From positions 1 through 57,532 of the forward strand of contig JBDRLL010000012.1 of assembly GCA_043813075.1 (NCBI GenBank): 57,532 nt of DNA. Reading direction: 5' to 3'. Positions 27,257 to 37,106 of the stretch are shown here, piece by piece. The notes under the pieces are model-generated. The model was given only the letters and a program-made list of their open reading frames with translations. It ran no database searches and was not told where the DNA came from. Made by a program: the position numbers and the translations under genes. The first letter of the stretch is position 1; every line of letters starts with the position of its first letter. The stretch comes from Candidatus Altiarchaeota archaeon (GTDB lineage: Archaea > Altiarchaeota > Altiarchaeia > IMC4 > SCGC-AAA252-I15).

Positions 27257-28123
27257 TCATATCCTGTCTTCAAGCCATGGGCTGGCCCTGCCCCGCCCGG
27301 TTGATGTAATCTTCCCGATTATGGGAGGTAACCCAGGGATAGTCTGCATATTGATTTCACTAACAATATCCCCCTTCAATAACTCTTCTACCACATGCTG
27401 CTTGGTTTGCGCAGTATCTCTCATAAAGTCATTAAACCACTGCCTCATTTGCCTGACATCATCAGTATCCGGCGGAGTCTGTCTTTCAAGACATAGGTTG
27501 AAGTTCACAGGCCGTGACATAAGGGATTGAGGGTTATTTATCTGGAATCCTACATGCTTTCTTGCTTTTTCATGCGTTATATCCTCTGGTCTTTGAATCT
27601 CTATGCCATACTTTTTCCTCATATGCTCATCCAGCTCATCGAAGAAACCGTCAATAGTCTTCTCAACACTCTTTCCTCCTTTCCCAGATTCCACGATAAG
27701 TGTTTCATAAGGATACTGCTCAATATCCGATAGCGGGCTTGTTGAAATCACTACCCTATGCTTGCTGGCAATCCTCAGCGTATCCCTCTTTATGTAATGG
27801 TGGTAAGCGAGCGTCCGGAAATACAGGTGTGCCTCACCCAACAACATTACCTCTCGACCTTCACTCCAATATCTGTCCCTATACTTTCTCCTGAAATCCT
27901 TTAATGTCCCATCCTCGATTTTCCCTAGAATATCACCTGATTCGGGTGTTTTAGTCCCGAAAACATTCTGCATAAGATCTAAAGCCTGCTTTTTCAAAAC
28001 AGCATCAACGTCAGGCCTACAATCACCTATAAACGCGCCGACACCCAGGACCTCCTTCATCGGGACAGTAATCCCCATATAATCACTTGGAATAGGAGCC
28101 TTACTCCTAACCATCACAGTCAT
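27257..28123 (-). CDS. Hypothetical protein
   Basis: 288-aa ORF with no recognised motif. Confidence 0.7.
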   Translation of the reverse strand: MTVMVRSKAPIPSDYMGITVPMKEVLGVGAFIGDCRPDVDAVLKKQALDLMQNVFGTKTPESGDILGKIEDGTLKDFRRKYRDRYWSEGREVMLLGEAHLYFRTLAYHHYIKRDTLRIASKHRVVISTSPLSDIEQYPYETLIVESGKGGKSVEKTIDGFFDELDEHMRKKYGIEIQRPEDITHEKARKHVGFQINNPQSLMSRPVNFNLCLERQTPPDTDDVRQMRQWFNDFMRDTAQTKQHVVEELLKGDIVSEINMQTIPGLPPIIGKITSTGRGRASPWLEDRI

Positions 28124-28331
28124 AGTATATCATATCCAGTCTAATACTAAATAGGGGATTGACACTAAACAACACCCTATTTTTTTATCTAATGGAAAAA
28201 AATGGTGTCATAGAGGGTGTAATGCTATCAGACTCGTGCAATAACATGCACTTACTACGGTAAACCTAAAAATAGAGGCTCTATCTAACCCCCCTGATTT
28301 AAGCAAAAAAGGTTCTAATCCAAGGGGGTCT

Positions 28332-28405
28332 CGGGCTCGACGGGGTTCGAACCCGCGGCATCTCGGTTAAAAGCCGAGCGCTCTGCCGGACTGAGCTACG
28401 AGCCC
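28332..28405 (-). tRNA. tRNA-Lys (anticodon UUU), intronless, CCA not encoded
   Basis: Reverse complement GGGCTCGTAGCTCAGTCCGGCAGAGCGCTCGGCTTTTAACCGAGATGCCGCGGGTTCGAACCCCGTCGAGCCCG folds as a cloverleaf; TTT anticodon; TTCGAAC T-loop; TTTATAAA box upstream. Confidence 0.97.
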
Positions 28406-28435
28406 ATATAGTATGGGGCTGCTGGTTTATAAATA

Positions 28436-28849
28436 TTACACTAGAAATATGGCGGCAAGCATCAGCAGTAGGATAACTAATAGTATCTTCGTCAGCCGCT
28501 GCATCTGCATCTCTCTCCTGGCGTTCTGGACCATGAGTATCCGGTGTAGTTTAACCAGCTTTTGCCTCCGCCTCCTGCGGTCTATCTCCTCATCGCTCGC
28601 AGTCAGGGTTGGTGTGGAATTCGACTTCTCCATCTCATGCATGCGCTTCAACACGGCATTCCTCTTATCCTGACGCACCTGATTCCTCTCGTCGAAGGGT
28701 CTGGATTCCTTGACCATTGACTCTATCCTAGCCCTGGTTTCAAGGTCCTTCTTGATGTCAGAAACAGCCTTCCTCTTCGAATCTCCCTCTTCCTCGTCCA
28801 CTTGCACCCGTATAATACTGTTTTTAGGCGGCAATAAAAGCCAGTTCAC
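28436..28849 (-). CDS. Hypothetical tail-anchored protein
   Basis: Charged helical body with C-terminal TM; start uncertain. Confidence 0.6.
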   Translation of the reverse strand: MNWLLLPPKNSIIRVQVDEEEGDSKRKAVSDIKKDLETRARIESMVKESRPFDERNQVRQDKRNAVLKRMHEMEKSNSTPTLTASDEEIDRRRRRQKLVKLHRILMVQNARREMQMQRLTKILLVILLLMLAAIFLV

Positions 28850-28932
28850 GTCTAGACATCCTTGTGGATAAACACAAGTCCACTAGAGTCTCTTTAAGCC
28901 TTTATCTGACTTGAGGCAGGGGTATAATGTTC

Positions 28933-30807
28933 CTACCCCTTCCCCGAATATTCTGCGAGTTTCTCTAGCACGTCAACCTCCTGCTCTAGGGTCTCGTCGT
29001 CGAGCTCATCCATCTCATCCTCAAAATAGTCCTGGAATTCGTCGAACAAGTCCATGTATGCTTTAGACACCCTAAGGCTTACTGACTGACGCTCCCATTC
29101 ACCCAACTCTACCCTAGGCGGACACATGATGCCGACCTTATGGTACTCATAAACAGGTCTTAAAGGTATTGGCTTTGGCTTGTCCAGGTTGCCTCGCTCG
29201 TCGTTAATCCAGTTCTTCATCAAGTCAGCGTACCTGGCGAGGAGAATACCCTTACGCAGTCCGTCGTTGCCATAGTGGTCCGGACTCTTGTCTTCGAACG
29301 TGATAGTCTTCTCGTCATAATCCTTGTTGCCCTCACGATCCTCGTAACTGGCCCTCAGTCTTATCTTCGCATCCTCAGCGGTCTTACGCAGCTTCAATAC
29401 TATGATGCCACCCTTCGTCTCACCGTCCTTTGTCTCTGAGGGAAAGAGGGTGTTTACCTTCATTATCTCACCAGTCGCTTCGTCCGCCTCCGGGGAGCCG
29501 TAGACCTTCAGTATCTCATACCCGTCCGCCTCAAGTTCCAGCTTCAGGTTGAACACCAGCGGCGTCACCATGTACTCGAACTGGTCGTCCATACGCTCCT
29601 TGAACTGCTTGCTGGAGTGCACGCTATAATAGTTGGCGCCCCTTATCTTGGTTATGTACTCTATCAATTCGGTGTTGAAGTCCACTCCGATGCCTATGAA
29701 CGTCGAGTAAAGCCTGTTTTTACTGTTCTTCTCAGTAATCCCTAGCAAGCCCTCTTCTGTCGTGTCGCCTATGTTCGGCATCGCATCAGTCAGGAATATT
29801 ATCCTGTTCTCATACTCCGCCTGGTCCACGTCAAGCAGTTCGCTGAACTGGTCTGTGCCAAGCTTCATGCCCGCAGACATGTGCGTGCCCCCCTGGGGAG
29901 ACAACTCTAGTATGTGCCCTTTCAGTGTGTTCACGTCAATGTCTCCGACACGATTCATCGGCTTAGCCAGGTAACCATAGTTGTCGAACAAAACTATACC
30001 AAGCCTGTCGTCGTCATCAAGGTGATCTATTAGTGCCACAATCGATTCAGTCGCCACCTCCATCTTGCTTTTGCCAGTCTCCTCCTCAGCCATCTCCTTG
30101 TTCTCAATCCTCCTGCCGAAGCGGTCGTAGTAATACCTGTTGAATGAAGAGCTCATCGAGCCTGAAATGTCCAATACGATGACCAGGTTAAGCTTCTTCC
30201 TGCTGAAGTCCTCCTTCTTCAGTCCGGAATTTAATCCAACTTGCAGGTAGTAGTCGGGCTTCCCTGAGAACGGGTCGTTGGAGACTGCGCTAGAGTATGA
30301 CGGGCAGAATAGTTTCCCGCACTCCTCCGTCTTTCCAGTGTCAAAATAGTAGTCGTAGTACAGTCCCTCATAGGTTATGTCAGTCGGCAGCGGCAGATAA
30401 TCATTCTCAATGTTCTCCCTGAAGTTGTTCACGTCCTTAGCTCCGCCTACAGAGAAGCCGAGGTCTGAAGGGGCTCCAGCAAACTTTGAGGCCTCCATCA
30501 TTGGCACACCACCGCCAAGGTAGTTAGCGGCCCTCTGGATCAAGCCGCCTCCAGAAGAGCTTGATTTGACTTGGTAATCGTATCCTGCCTGGTTTGGGTC
30601 GTACTGCCAGTCATCTATCCTGCCGCTGGCTGTCGTCACCGTAGTGATGGAAGTGCTGTGTGTTGTGGTCTTGATGGTTGTCGTAGTCGCAGTGCCGTTG
30701 GTGAATACTATGTTCACGCTGTCAGAGACTATTATGAACACTATGGCTGCGATAAAAACAACTGCCGCCAAAGCAGTTCCCCCCAGTATTAGTGTGCTTG
30801 GTTTCAT
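28933..30807 (-). CDS. Membrane-anchored von Willebrand factor A domain protein (YfbK-like)
   Basis: N-terminal TM and Thr tract; MIDAS DISGSM, GGT, FLTDA.PN.G. Confidence 0.9.
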   Translation of the reverse strand: MKPSTLILGGTALAAVVFIAAIVFIIVSDSVNIVFTNGTATTTTIKTTTHSTSITTVTTASGRIDDWQYDPNQAGYDYQVKSSSSGGGLIQRAANYLGGGVPMMEASKFAGAPSDLGFSVGGAKDVNNFRENIENDYLPLPTDITYEGLYYDYYFDTGKTEECGKLFCPSYSSAVSNDPFSGKPDYYLQVGLNSGLKKEDFSRKKLNLVIVLDISGSMSSSFNRYYYDRFGRRIENKEMAEEETGKSKMEVATESIVALIDHLDDDDRLGIVLFDNYGYLAKPMNRVGDIDVNTLKGHILELSPQGGTHMSAGMKLGTDQFSELLDVDQAEYENRIIFLTDAMPNIGDTTEEGLLGITEKNSKNRLYSTFIGIGVDFNTELIEYITKIRGANYYSVHSSKQFKERMDDQFEYMVTPLVFNLKLELEADGYEILKVYGSPEADEATGEIMKVNTLFPSETKDGETKGGIIVLKLRKTAEDAKIRLRASYEDREGNKDYDEKTITFEDKSPDHYGNDGLRKGILLARYADLMKNWINDERGNLDKPKPIPLRPVYEYHKVGIMCPPRVELGEWERQSVSLRVSKAYMDLFDEFQDYFEDEMDELDDETLEQEVDVLEKLAEYSGKG

Positions 30808-30891
30808 CCTGTATTAACTCTTGAAGATACTCTCTTTTTAAGACAATGGTTTTTATTCGGCGCATACCGAATCACTAAGCGAGGTGATTTC

Positions 30892-31050
30892 ATGGAATGT
30901 GACGTCGATCCTGCGGTGTTCGCCGAGGTTGCGGAATTGATTATCAGCTCGTGGGACAATCCGCAGATCCGTTTTTTCATCCAGTCCCAGGGTCTGAGAC
31001 AGGAGCATATCAACGAGGTTAAGCGCATACTCTCCCAGATAAAGGATTAA
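30892..31050 (+). CDS. Small hypothetical protein, 52 aa
   Basis: Translated by hand: MECDVDPAVFAEVAELIISSWDNPQIRFFIQSQGLRQEHINEVKRILSQIKD; perfect GAGGTGA RBS ending 4 nt before the ATG. Confidence 0.65.
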   Translation: MECDVDPAVFAEVAELIISSWDNPQIRFFIQSQGLRQEHINEVKRILSQIKD

Positions 31051-31073
31051 TACCCCTAACACCATTCTTATCT

Positions 31074-31868
31074 ATGGATGTTTCAACCGGTATTCTGGCA
31101 GGAGTCCTGCAAGGCCTATTGGAGTGGCTTCCTGTCAGCAGCAGTGGTCAGGGCATGATACTCCTCTCCAGCCTACTCGGGTTTGACGCATTCAGTGCCC
31201 TTGAATTCATGTTCATACTGCATTCAGGGACACTACTAGCCGCTGTAGTCAAGTTCAGGGATGACTTCAAAGACATCGCATCAGACATCATCTCCATGAA
31301 GTCCACGCCCATGCTTAGGTTCATATCGACATCAACGATCTCATCATTCGCTGTCGGGGGTGTGATATACCTATTTCTCAGAGAACTGCTCGACGAGGCC
31401 GGATCAGGGTTTGTCATGCTGTTGGTGGGATTGTTCCTCATGGCCACAGGGATAGCCTTGTCACTGTCCAAGAGGGCTTATGGTTCCGGAAGTGTCTCAG
31501 ACTTGTCCCTAATAGACACTGTCTCAGTGGGATTGGCTCAGGGCTTCAGCGTATTCCCTGGACTATCCCGTTCTGGCGTGACCATAGCATCATTATTGCT
31601 GAGTGACTTGAAGCAGGAGGAGGCTCTCCGACTCTCATTCATCATGAGCGTGCCAGTCGTCTTTGCGGCAACAATAGCAGGATTCAATGCCTTCCCATTG
31701 GGCGTCAGTCCGTTGGCTTTGATTGCCGGAATATCAGCTGCATTCATCGTTGGATACGCTACTATAGACGTGCTAATGAAGGCATCCCAGAAGCTTAGGT
31801 TTGACTTGTTCTGCGTTCTATTCGGGTTGGTATCAGTTCTATGGGTTGTCGCGCCAGTGTTGTTCTAG
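31074..31868 (+). CDS. uppP: Undecaprenyl-diphosphate phosphatase (BacA family)
   Basis: QGLLEWLPVSSSG, H.GT, AQG...PG.SRSG.T motifs. Confidence 0.93.
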   Translation: MDVSTGILAGVLQGLLEWLPVSSSGQGMILLSSLLGFDAFSALEFMFILHSGTLLAAVVKFRDDFKDIASDIISMKSTPMLRFISTSTISSFAVGGVIYLFLRELLDEAGSGFVMLLVGLFLMATGIALSLSKRAYGSGSVSDLSLIDTVSVGLAQGFSVFPGLSRSGVTIASLLLSDLKQEEALRLSFIMSVPVVFAATIAGFNAFPLGVSPLALIAGISAAFIVGYATIDVLMKASQKLRFDLFCVLFGLVSVLWVVAPVLF

Positions 31869-31899
31869 TTTATAACAATCAGTTAGAAAATAGTTACCA

Positions 31900-32583
31900 A
31901 TGAGTGACGGTGAAGACTGGCTTGAGGAGAGATATATCGGAAACCGGCGCTTCAGGAGGATGGCCGACGGCCGGACAGTCGAAGTCACCGGTGATGGTAG
32001 CCTTGTTGAGGACTTCCGTGTCGAGGGCCGTGATTTCAGCTCTTATGGTGCGGACTTCGAGAGCATTTCTAACGCTTATGAGCCTCGTCCGTTAGTTGAT
32101 GAGTCTAAGCCAGTCTCCGGCTCCGCGTCTTCCTCTACCGCTCCGATGAGCAAGGAGGATAGGATTAAAGAATACATACGCAAGAAGTCTAAGGCAGGCA
32201 AGGACAGCAGGCTTGACGCGTTCAAGGTCAGTCATAGTGGAGTGCATGAGGGCGGCACGTCCCATTACCTTAGTGATGACATGCCTAAAGCACATACCAT
32301 AGGTGGTTCTCATAGACTCTCCAGTAGTCATGACATCCGCGGCGGTACTGGTATGTTCAGCACAAAGCAGGATCCACTCAAGGATATCCTGGACAAGAGG
32401 AAGGCTGAGAGCTACAGGGAGCATATGGAGAAGGTTTTCGGCAAGAAGGCTTCGGAGTCAAAGTCTTTCGGCGGATTTGGAGTGAAGTCCAGTGGCATGG
32501 ACGGCAACAAGCCTTTGCTGAGCAAGATGATGTCCTCCAGCAAATCCAAGAGGGACAGGTCCCTGAGAATCAGGAAGCTTTGA
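31900..32583 (+). CDS. Hypothetical low-complexity, probably disordered protein
   Basis: 227-aa S/K/D/G-rich ORF overlapping the pcm start. Confidence 0.65.
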   Translation: MSDGEDWLEERYIGNRRFRRMADGRTVEVTGDGSLVEDFRVEGRDFSSYGADFESISNAYEPRPLVDESKPVSGSASSSTAPMSKEDRIKEYIRKKSKAGKDSRLDAFKVSHSGVHEGGTSHYLSDDMPKAHTIGGSHRLSSSHDIRGGTGMFSTKQDPLKDILDKRKAESYREHMEKVFGKKASESKSFGGFGVKSSGMDGNKPLLSKMMSSSKSKRDRSLRIRKL

Positions 32584-33245
32584 GCGTTTCGGAGGTTCCC
32601 ATAGTGTATGAGTCGGAAAGGGGAAATATGGTGGGCCGTCTGATAGATCACGGTTACATCAAGAGCAGTTGCGTTGCATCTGCTTTCAGGAAGGTTGAAC
32701 GGCACCGTTTCATGCCTCATGAAGTCTCGTCAAACGCATACGTCGACACCCCCCAGCCCATCGGATTCGAGCAGACGATATCTGCCCCCCACATGGTCGC
32801 CATAATGACTGAACTGCTTGACGTGCGTGAGGACAGCAAGGTCCTGGAGATTGGGACAGGCTCAGGATATCAGGCCGCTATAATAGCTGAACTATGTCAT
32901 AAGGGATTCGTATACTCTGTTGAACGGGTTAAGGGCCTTTATGAGGGGGCTAGTAGGCTACTTTCGGAACTAGGGTACTCTAACATCCATGTTGTTGAGG
33001 GTGACGGCACAATGGGGCTTCCTGAACCTGCACCCTACGATAGGATTATCGTGACTGCCGCAGCCCCCCGGGTTCCAGGAAGGCTGGTGGAACAGCTATC
33101 AAAAAAAGGGAGGATGCTAGTACCAGTTGGCGGTCGTTGGAGTCAGGATCTGGTTTCATTGGATAAGGATGTTAATGGTAGGGTTATGGAGCGTTCGCAT
33201 GGAGGGTGTGTCTTCGTCCCGCTGCTTGGTGAGGAGGGCTGGTAG
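32580..33245 (+). CDS. pcm: Protein-L-isoaspartate O-methyltransferase
   Basis: QTISAPHM, VLEIGTGSGYQAA, APYDRIIVTAA, FVPL. Confidence 0.96.
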   Translation: MSVSEVPIVYESERGNMVGRLIDHGYIKSSCVASAFRKVERHRFMPHEVSSNAYVDTPQPIGFEQTISAPHMVAIMTELLDVREDSKVLEIGTGSGYQAAIIAELCHKGFVYSVERVKGLYEGASRLLSELGYSNIHVVEGDGTMGLPEPAPYDRIIVTAAAPRVPGRLVEQLSKKGRMLVPVGGRWSQDLVSLDKDVNGRVMERSHGGCVFVPLLGEEGW

Positions 33246-33246
33246 C

Positions 33247-33675
33247 CTAGCTTATCCTAACGTAGTCTCCGACTTTAATACCGTTCACTAGAGTGTAGTT
33301 CCCGTTGACTTCAAGCACATAAAGTGATTTCGAATAGGCCCTATAAGTCATGCACGGATCTCTCTCGCAGGGGACGGCATACTCTATGTGCTCTATCCTC
33401 CCGCCCTCCCCTATCCACAGCATATCAAGGGGTATCAGCGTGTTCTTCATCCAGAATGAAGGGTATCCTTCGCCCTCGAATACGAAGAGCATTCCAGAAT
33501 CCCATTCAAGTGATTCCCTACGCATAAGCCCATTGGAGCGTTCATCAGCATTGTCAGCAACCTCGGCGTCAACGCATAGGTCATCTCTGAAACACACCCT
33601 ATTGTATTCTTTTTTTTCAGAACATCCCATGGAAATTAGAACAAGTATCGTGACTGCCAGCAGGATTGTTTTCAT
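33247..33675 (-). CDS. DUF192 family lipoprotein
   Basis: GLM.R..L....GMLF.F, FWMKNT.IPLD, YVLEVN. Confidence 0.93.
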   Translation of the reverse strand: MKTILLAVTILVLISMGCSEKKEYNRVCFRDDLCVDAEVADNADERSNGLMRRESLEWDSGMLFVFEGEGYPSFWMKNTLIPLDMLWIGEGGRIEHIEYAVPCERDPCMTYRAYSKSLYVLEVNGNYTLVNGIKVGDYVRIS

Positions 33676-34532
33676 CTCCTCAAGTCGTCTGCGATAATCC
33701 TTGCGACACTTATCTTGCTTATCGGAGACTCTATGGTGTTGGTGGACACTATCCTGTCGACAACACCCTGGAACTGTTTAACACCACTAAGGAAAAGCCC
33801 GTGAACACAAGCAACATTAATGCTGGCAGGCCGGTACTTCCTTATTATCTTTGAGGCTTCGATTATTGTCCCTCCCGTTGATATTATGTCGTCTATCATG
33901 AGGACGTCTTTCTTGTTCACGTTCAGCTTCTTATCCTCCACGGAGACCTCCTCCCCAGATATCCGTGTCTTCTCCAGGTGGTTGAATTGACAGCCAAGCA
34001 TCTCTGAAGCGGCTTTAGCGTACGTGAGGCTGCCCTTGTCTGGGGCTATAACCACCGGATTCTTGAGATCCTTCCGCATGTAGTCCACGATAGTGGGGAT
34101 GGCGTCTAGGTTCATGAAGTTCACGGAATTAAATACGGTCTCTCCCCCGGAATTGAGGAAATGACAGTTTATCGTGCTGATGGAGTCCGCCAGCTCGTGT
34201 AGCGTCTTAAGAATCGTCTTGGCGCTCAACGCCTCGCCTTCCTTGAAAACCTTGTCCTGCCTCATGTAGCCTAGATATGGTGCCATCAGATGTATCTGCG
34301 TGGCGCCGGCATCTCTCAAAGCGTCCATGAGGAATATGATTTCCATGAAGTCGTCGCTGCTCCTCGTAGATTGGATTACAGCACACTCCTTTCCTGCGAC
34401 TTCTGTTTCGACACGCACGTATATCTCCCCATCAGGGAACTTACGGATGTCGGTCTTTCCGGCAGGGCATTTTAACTGCTTTGAAACCTCCCATGCGAGT
34501 GCCGTCGACTTGGTTCCAGAAAAGACGATCAT
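33672..34532 (-). CDS. prs: Ribose-phosphate pyrophosphokinase
   Basis: FPDGE, PYLGY.RQD, IAPDKG, DDIISTGGT. Confidence 0.95.
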   Translation of the reverse strand: MIVFSGTKSTALAWEVSKQLKCPAGKTDIRKFPDGEIYVRVETEVAGKECAVIQSTRSSDDFMEIIFLMDALRDAGATQIHLMAPYLGYMRQDKVFKEGEALSAKTILKTLHELADSISTINCHFLNSGGETVFNSVNFMNLDAIPTIVDYMRKDLKNPVVIAPDKGSLTYAKAASEMLGCQFNHLEKTRISGEEVSVEDKKLNVNKKDVLMIDDIISTGGTIIEASKIIRKYRPASINVACVHGLFLSGVKQFQGVVDRIVSTNTIESPISKISVARIIADDLRR

Positions 34533-34598
34533 TTTTCAATTATTAATATATTAGGTTATAAGTAATTATCATAGGTTTAAATTAATCAGGTGAGTTTT

Positions 34599-35303
34599 AT
34601 GGAGAGAATACCCAGCGGGATACCCGGACTTGATGAAATGATTGAAGGAGGATTTAAGAAGCATAATAGCATTATAATTGTTGGCGGTTGTGGTTCTGGA
34701 AAATCCACAATGGCCATGCAATACCTAGTCAATGGTGCAGACAACGGAGAAGCAGGAGTATACGTCACTTTTGAGGAGGATCCGGAGCAGATTCGCGAGA
34801 ACATGTCTCGTTATGGCTGGGATATCAAGGGTCTTGAGGATGCGGGTAAGCTCACTATAGTCCGCGTTGACCCGCAGGATGTCTTGCACATAATAAAGGA
34901 TGAGTATGGTGCGATAGTTGACGCAATAAGGGACAACAAGGCAGAGCGCGTTGTCATAGACTCTCTCACCAGCATCGAGATGATGATTGAAGGTGAGTAT
35001 CAGAAGAGGCAGGGCATATTGAGGCTGCTGAAGTGGCTTCAGAAGAGCAATTGTACTAGCCTTATGATCGCTGAGTCCGAGCAGGATCCGACTAGGTACT
35101 CTAGGCACGGGATAGTTGAATTCCTGGTTGACGGGGTTCTAGTGCTCTACAATCTTAGGAGGGGCAAGACCAGGATAAGGGCCTTGGAGATCCTTAAGAT
35201 GAGGGGTACAAAGCAGGCCACGAACCTTGTGCCGTATAAGATAGAGAACGGGATTGAATTACAGCCTCATCAGGTGATATTCGGCGAGATAGGGGAGCCC
35301 TAG
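34599..35303 (+). CDS. KaiC-like / RAD55-family ATPase (single domain)
   Basis: SGIPGLDEMIEGG, GGCGSGKS, YVTFEE, VVIDSL, KMRG; AGGTGA RBS. Confidence 0.93.
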   Translation: MERIPSGIPGLDEMIEGGFKKHNSIIIVGGCGSGKSTMAMQYLVNGADNGEAGVYVTFEEDPEQIRENMSRYGWDIKGLEDAGKLTIVRVDPQDVLHIIKDEYGAIVDAIRDNKAERVVIDSLTSIEMMIEGEYQKRQGILRLLKWLQKSNCTSLMIAESEQDPTRYSRHGIVEFLVDGVLVLYNLRRGKTRIRALEILKMRGTKQATNLVPYKIENGIELQPHQVIFGEIGEP

Positions 35304-35319
35304 TCGTAAGACTCAGGGT

Positions 35320-35922
35320 TCACTTCTTATTTATCCTTTCTACGGTCTCCACGACCAGTTCTATGGCGTCGTGGAGGTGCTTCTTATCCACTATGTAGCC
35401 TTTATGCTCGTGTATGACCTTATCCTCGGTTATGTCCAGCGCGAGCCCGTACTTCATTATCCTATCCTGCAATTCACGGTCCAGTATCCTCAACACCTCA
35501 TCCTCGTTGCTGCCTTTTATGTGGTATTCATTGTCGAATACGGTTCCCATTATGTGTATCTCATGGACGCCAAGCTTGTCGCCAACAGTAGTGAATATGT
35601 CATCTTTCGAGATTGAGATCTGACCTCTAAGATCGCTTTTGTGAAGTGCCTCAACCCGCGTGTATTTTGCCTTGTTATCCCCCCTATGTTTGGTGAAAGT
35701 ATAGACTGAAACTTTCACACCCTTGTACTCCCCCTTTAGTTTCGGGTCGTAGAAGAATCCGCCGTCAATGTATTTCAAGCCAAGTGCCCTTGAGGCTTCC
35801 ATAAGGCAGTAAGTGAACTTGTTGTGCTGTAGTATGCCTATGCTGAATAGTATCGCCACTATGAATGCTATGAAGAAGAGCGGCATGCAGACGTTCGGGT
35901 CGGTGGTTGCGCCCAGGTACAT
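35320..35922 (-). CDS. Hypothetical membrane-anchored protein
   Basis: N-terminal TM followed by a soluble alpha/beta domain ('LGL.Y...G.Y.G', 'FD..Y.I'). Confidence 0.7.
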   Translation of the reverse strand: MYLGATTDPNVCMPLFFIAFIVAILFSIGILQHNKFTYCLMEASRALGLKYIDGGFFYDPKLKGEYKGVKVSVYTFTKHRGDNKAKYTRVEALHKSDLRGQISISKDDIFTTVGDKLGVHEIHIMGTVFDNEYHIKGSNEDEVLRILDRELQDRIMKYGLALDITEDKVIHEHKGYIVDKKHLHDAIELVVETVERINKK

Positions 35923-35965
35923 GTAAAAACATTTCAATTCTGTTTATATTAAATTAATTTCTCCA

Positions 35966-37105
35966 ATGATTACCATGGCCGTGGTAGTGGACAGGCATGC
36001 AATACTCCGTGACGCAAGGCTGATAGTCGTCAAGGTGGGTACGAGCAGCGTGACGGACGAGAAACTGCTCTTGTCGGACCGTAAGGTCGGGAAGCTGGTG
36101 GACGAGTTGAGCAGCCTTATGAAAAGGGGTTACATGTTCATAATAGTGTCTTCCGGGGCTATTGGCGCTGGTATGGGTGAGCTGGGGCTTAAGGCCCGTC
36201 CGAGAGACGTGAACAAGCTCCAGGCAATCGCTGCTGTCGGCCAGAACGAGCTTATGAAGATTTATGGCAAGCATTTCAGGAGGCATGGTATTAATGTGGG
36301 CCAGATACTGTTGACTAGGGACGATTTCAGGGATAGGATGAGGTATCTTAACGTTAGGAATACCATGCAGTCGCTACTTGAGATGGGGGTGATCCCGATA
36401 GTCAATGAGAATGATTCTATAGGGGTTGACGAGATACGTTTGGGGGATAATGACACTCTCTCTGCGTTCGTAGCCTCGAATATGGGGGCTCATCTGCTGG
36501 TTCTCCTGTCGAGTGTTGATGGAGTTTACACTCGTGACCCTCATAGGAGGAAGGGTGCCGTCAGGATAAGTGTGGTCGACAAGTTCGGCAGGAAGATGGA
36601 TTTGATTAGGGGTAAGTCCATGGGTGGTGGCGTTGGGGGCATACAGAGCAAGATAAATGCGGCCAGGATTGCAACAAAGTCTGGCATACCTGTGATACTG
36701 GCTAATTCTTCCGAGAGGAATGTTGTCAGAAGGCTATTGGAGGGTGAGGAGTTGGGCACAATCTTCCTGTCGAAGAGCAGGATGGAGGGCAGGCTTCACT
36801 GGGTTCTTTTCTCATCCTCTCCTAAAGGATGCATTTCGGTGGATTCTGGCGCTGTCAGGGCGTTGACTGAGAGGAATGCTAGCCTGCTACCCTCAGGGGT
36901 CACGGGGGTTAAGGGCAGTTTCAAGAAGGGGGATACTATATGCATACTCGACGAGTCCGGACTGGAATTCGCTAGGGGCATAACCAATTATGGGAGTGAG
37001 GACATCGAGTTGATTAAGGGCATGCAGACATCTGACGTCGAGAAGGCTCTCGGCAAAAAGAGCTATAAGGAGATAGTATACTCCGGCAACATGGATTTGA
37101 CTTAA
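35966..37105 (+). CDS. proB: Glutamate 5-kinase with PUA domain
   Basis: VVKVGTS, VSSGAI, AAVGQ, NENDS, GDNDTL, C-terminal VD.GA..AL...SLLP.G PUA domain. Confidence 0.95.
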   Translation: MITMAVVVDRHAILRDARLIVVKVGTSSVTDEKLLLSDRKVGKLVDELSSLMKRGYMFIIVSSGAIGAGMGELGLKARPRDVNKLQAIAAVGQNELMKIYGKHFRRHGINVGQILLTRDDFRDRMRYLNVRNTMQSLLEMGVIPIVNENDSIGVDEIRLGDNDTLSAFVASNMGAHLLVLLSSVDGVYTRDPHRRKGAVRISVVDKFGRKMDLIRGKSMGGGVGGIQSKINAARIATKSGIPVILANSSERNVVRRLLEGEELGTIFLSKSRMEGRLHWVLFSSSPKGCISVDSGAVRALTERNASLLPSGVTGVKGSFKKGDTICILDESGLEFARGITNYGSEDIELIKGMQTSDVEKALGKKSYKEIVYSGNMDLT

Positions 37106-37106
37106 C

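Noticed and set aside
28332-28360. att site of an integrated element at tRNA-Lys
   Set aside because: No duplicate of the tRNA 3' end or integrase gene noticed in the window (visual check only).
30804-31065. Minus-strand ORFs of 74 and 70 aa
   Set aside because: The plus-strand 52-aa ORF has a perfect RBS and more protein-like composition.
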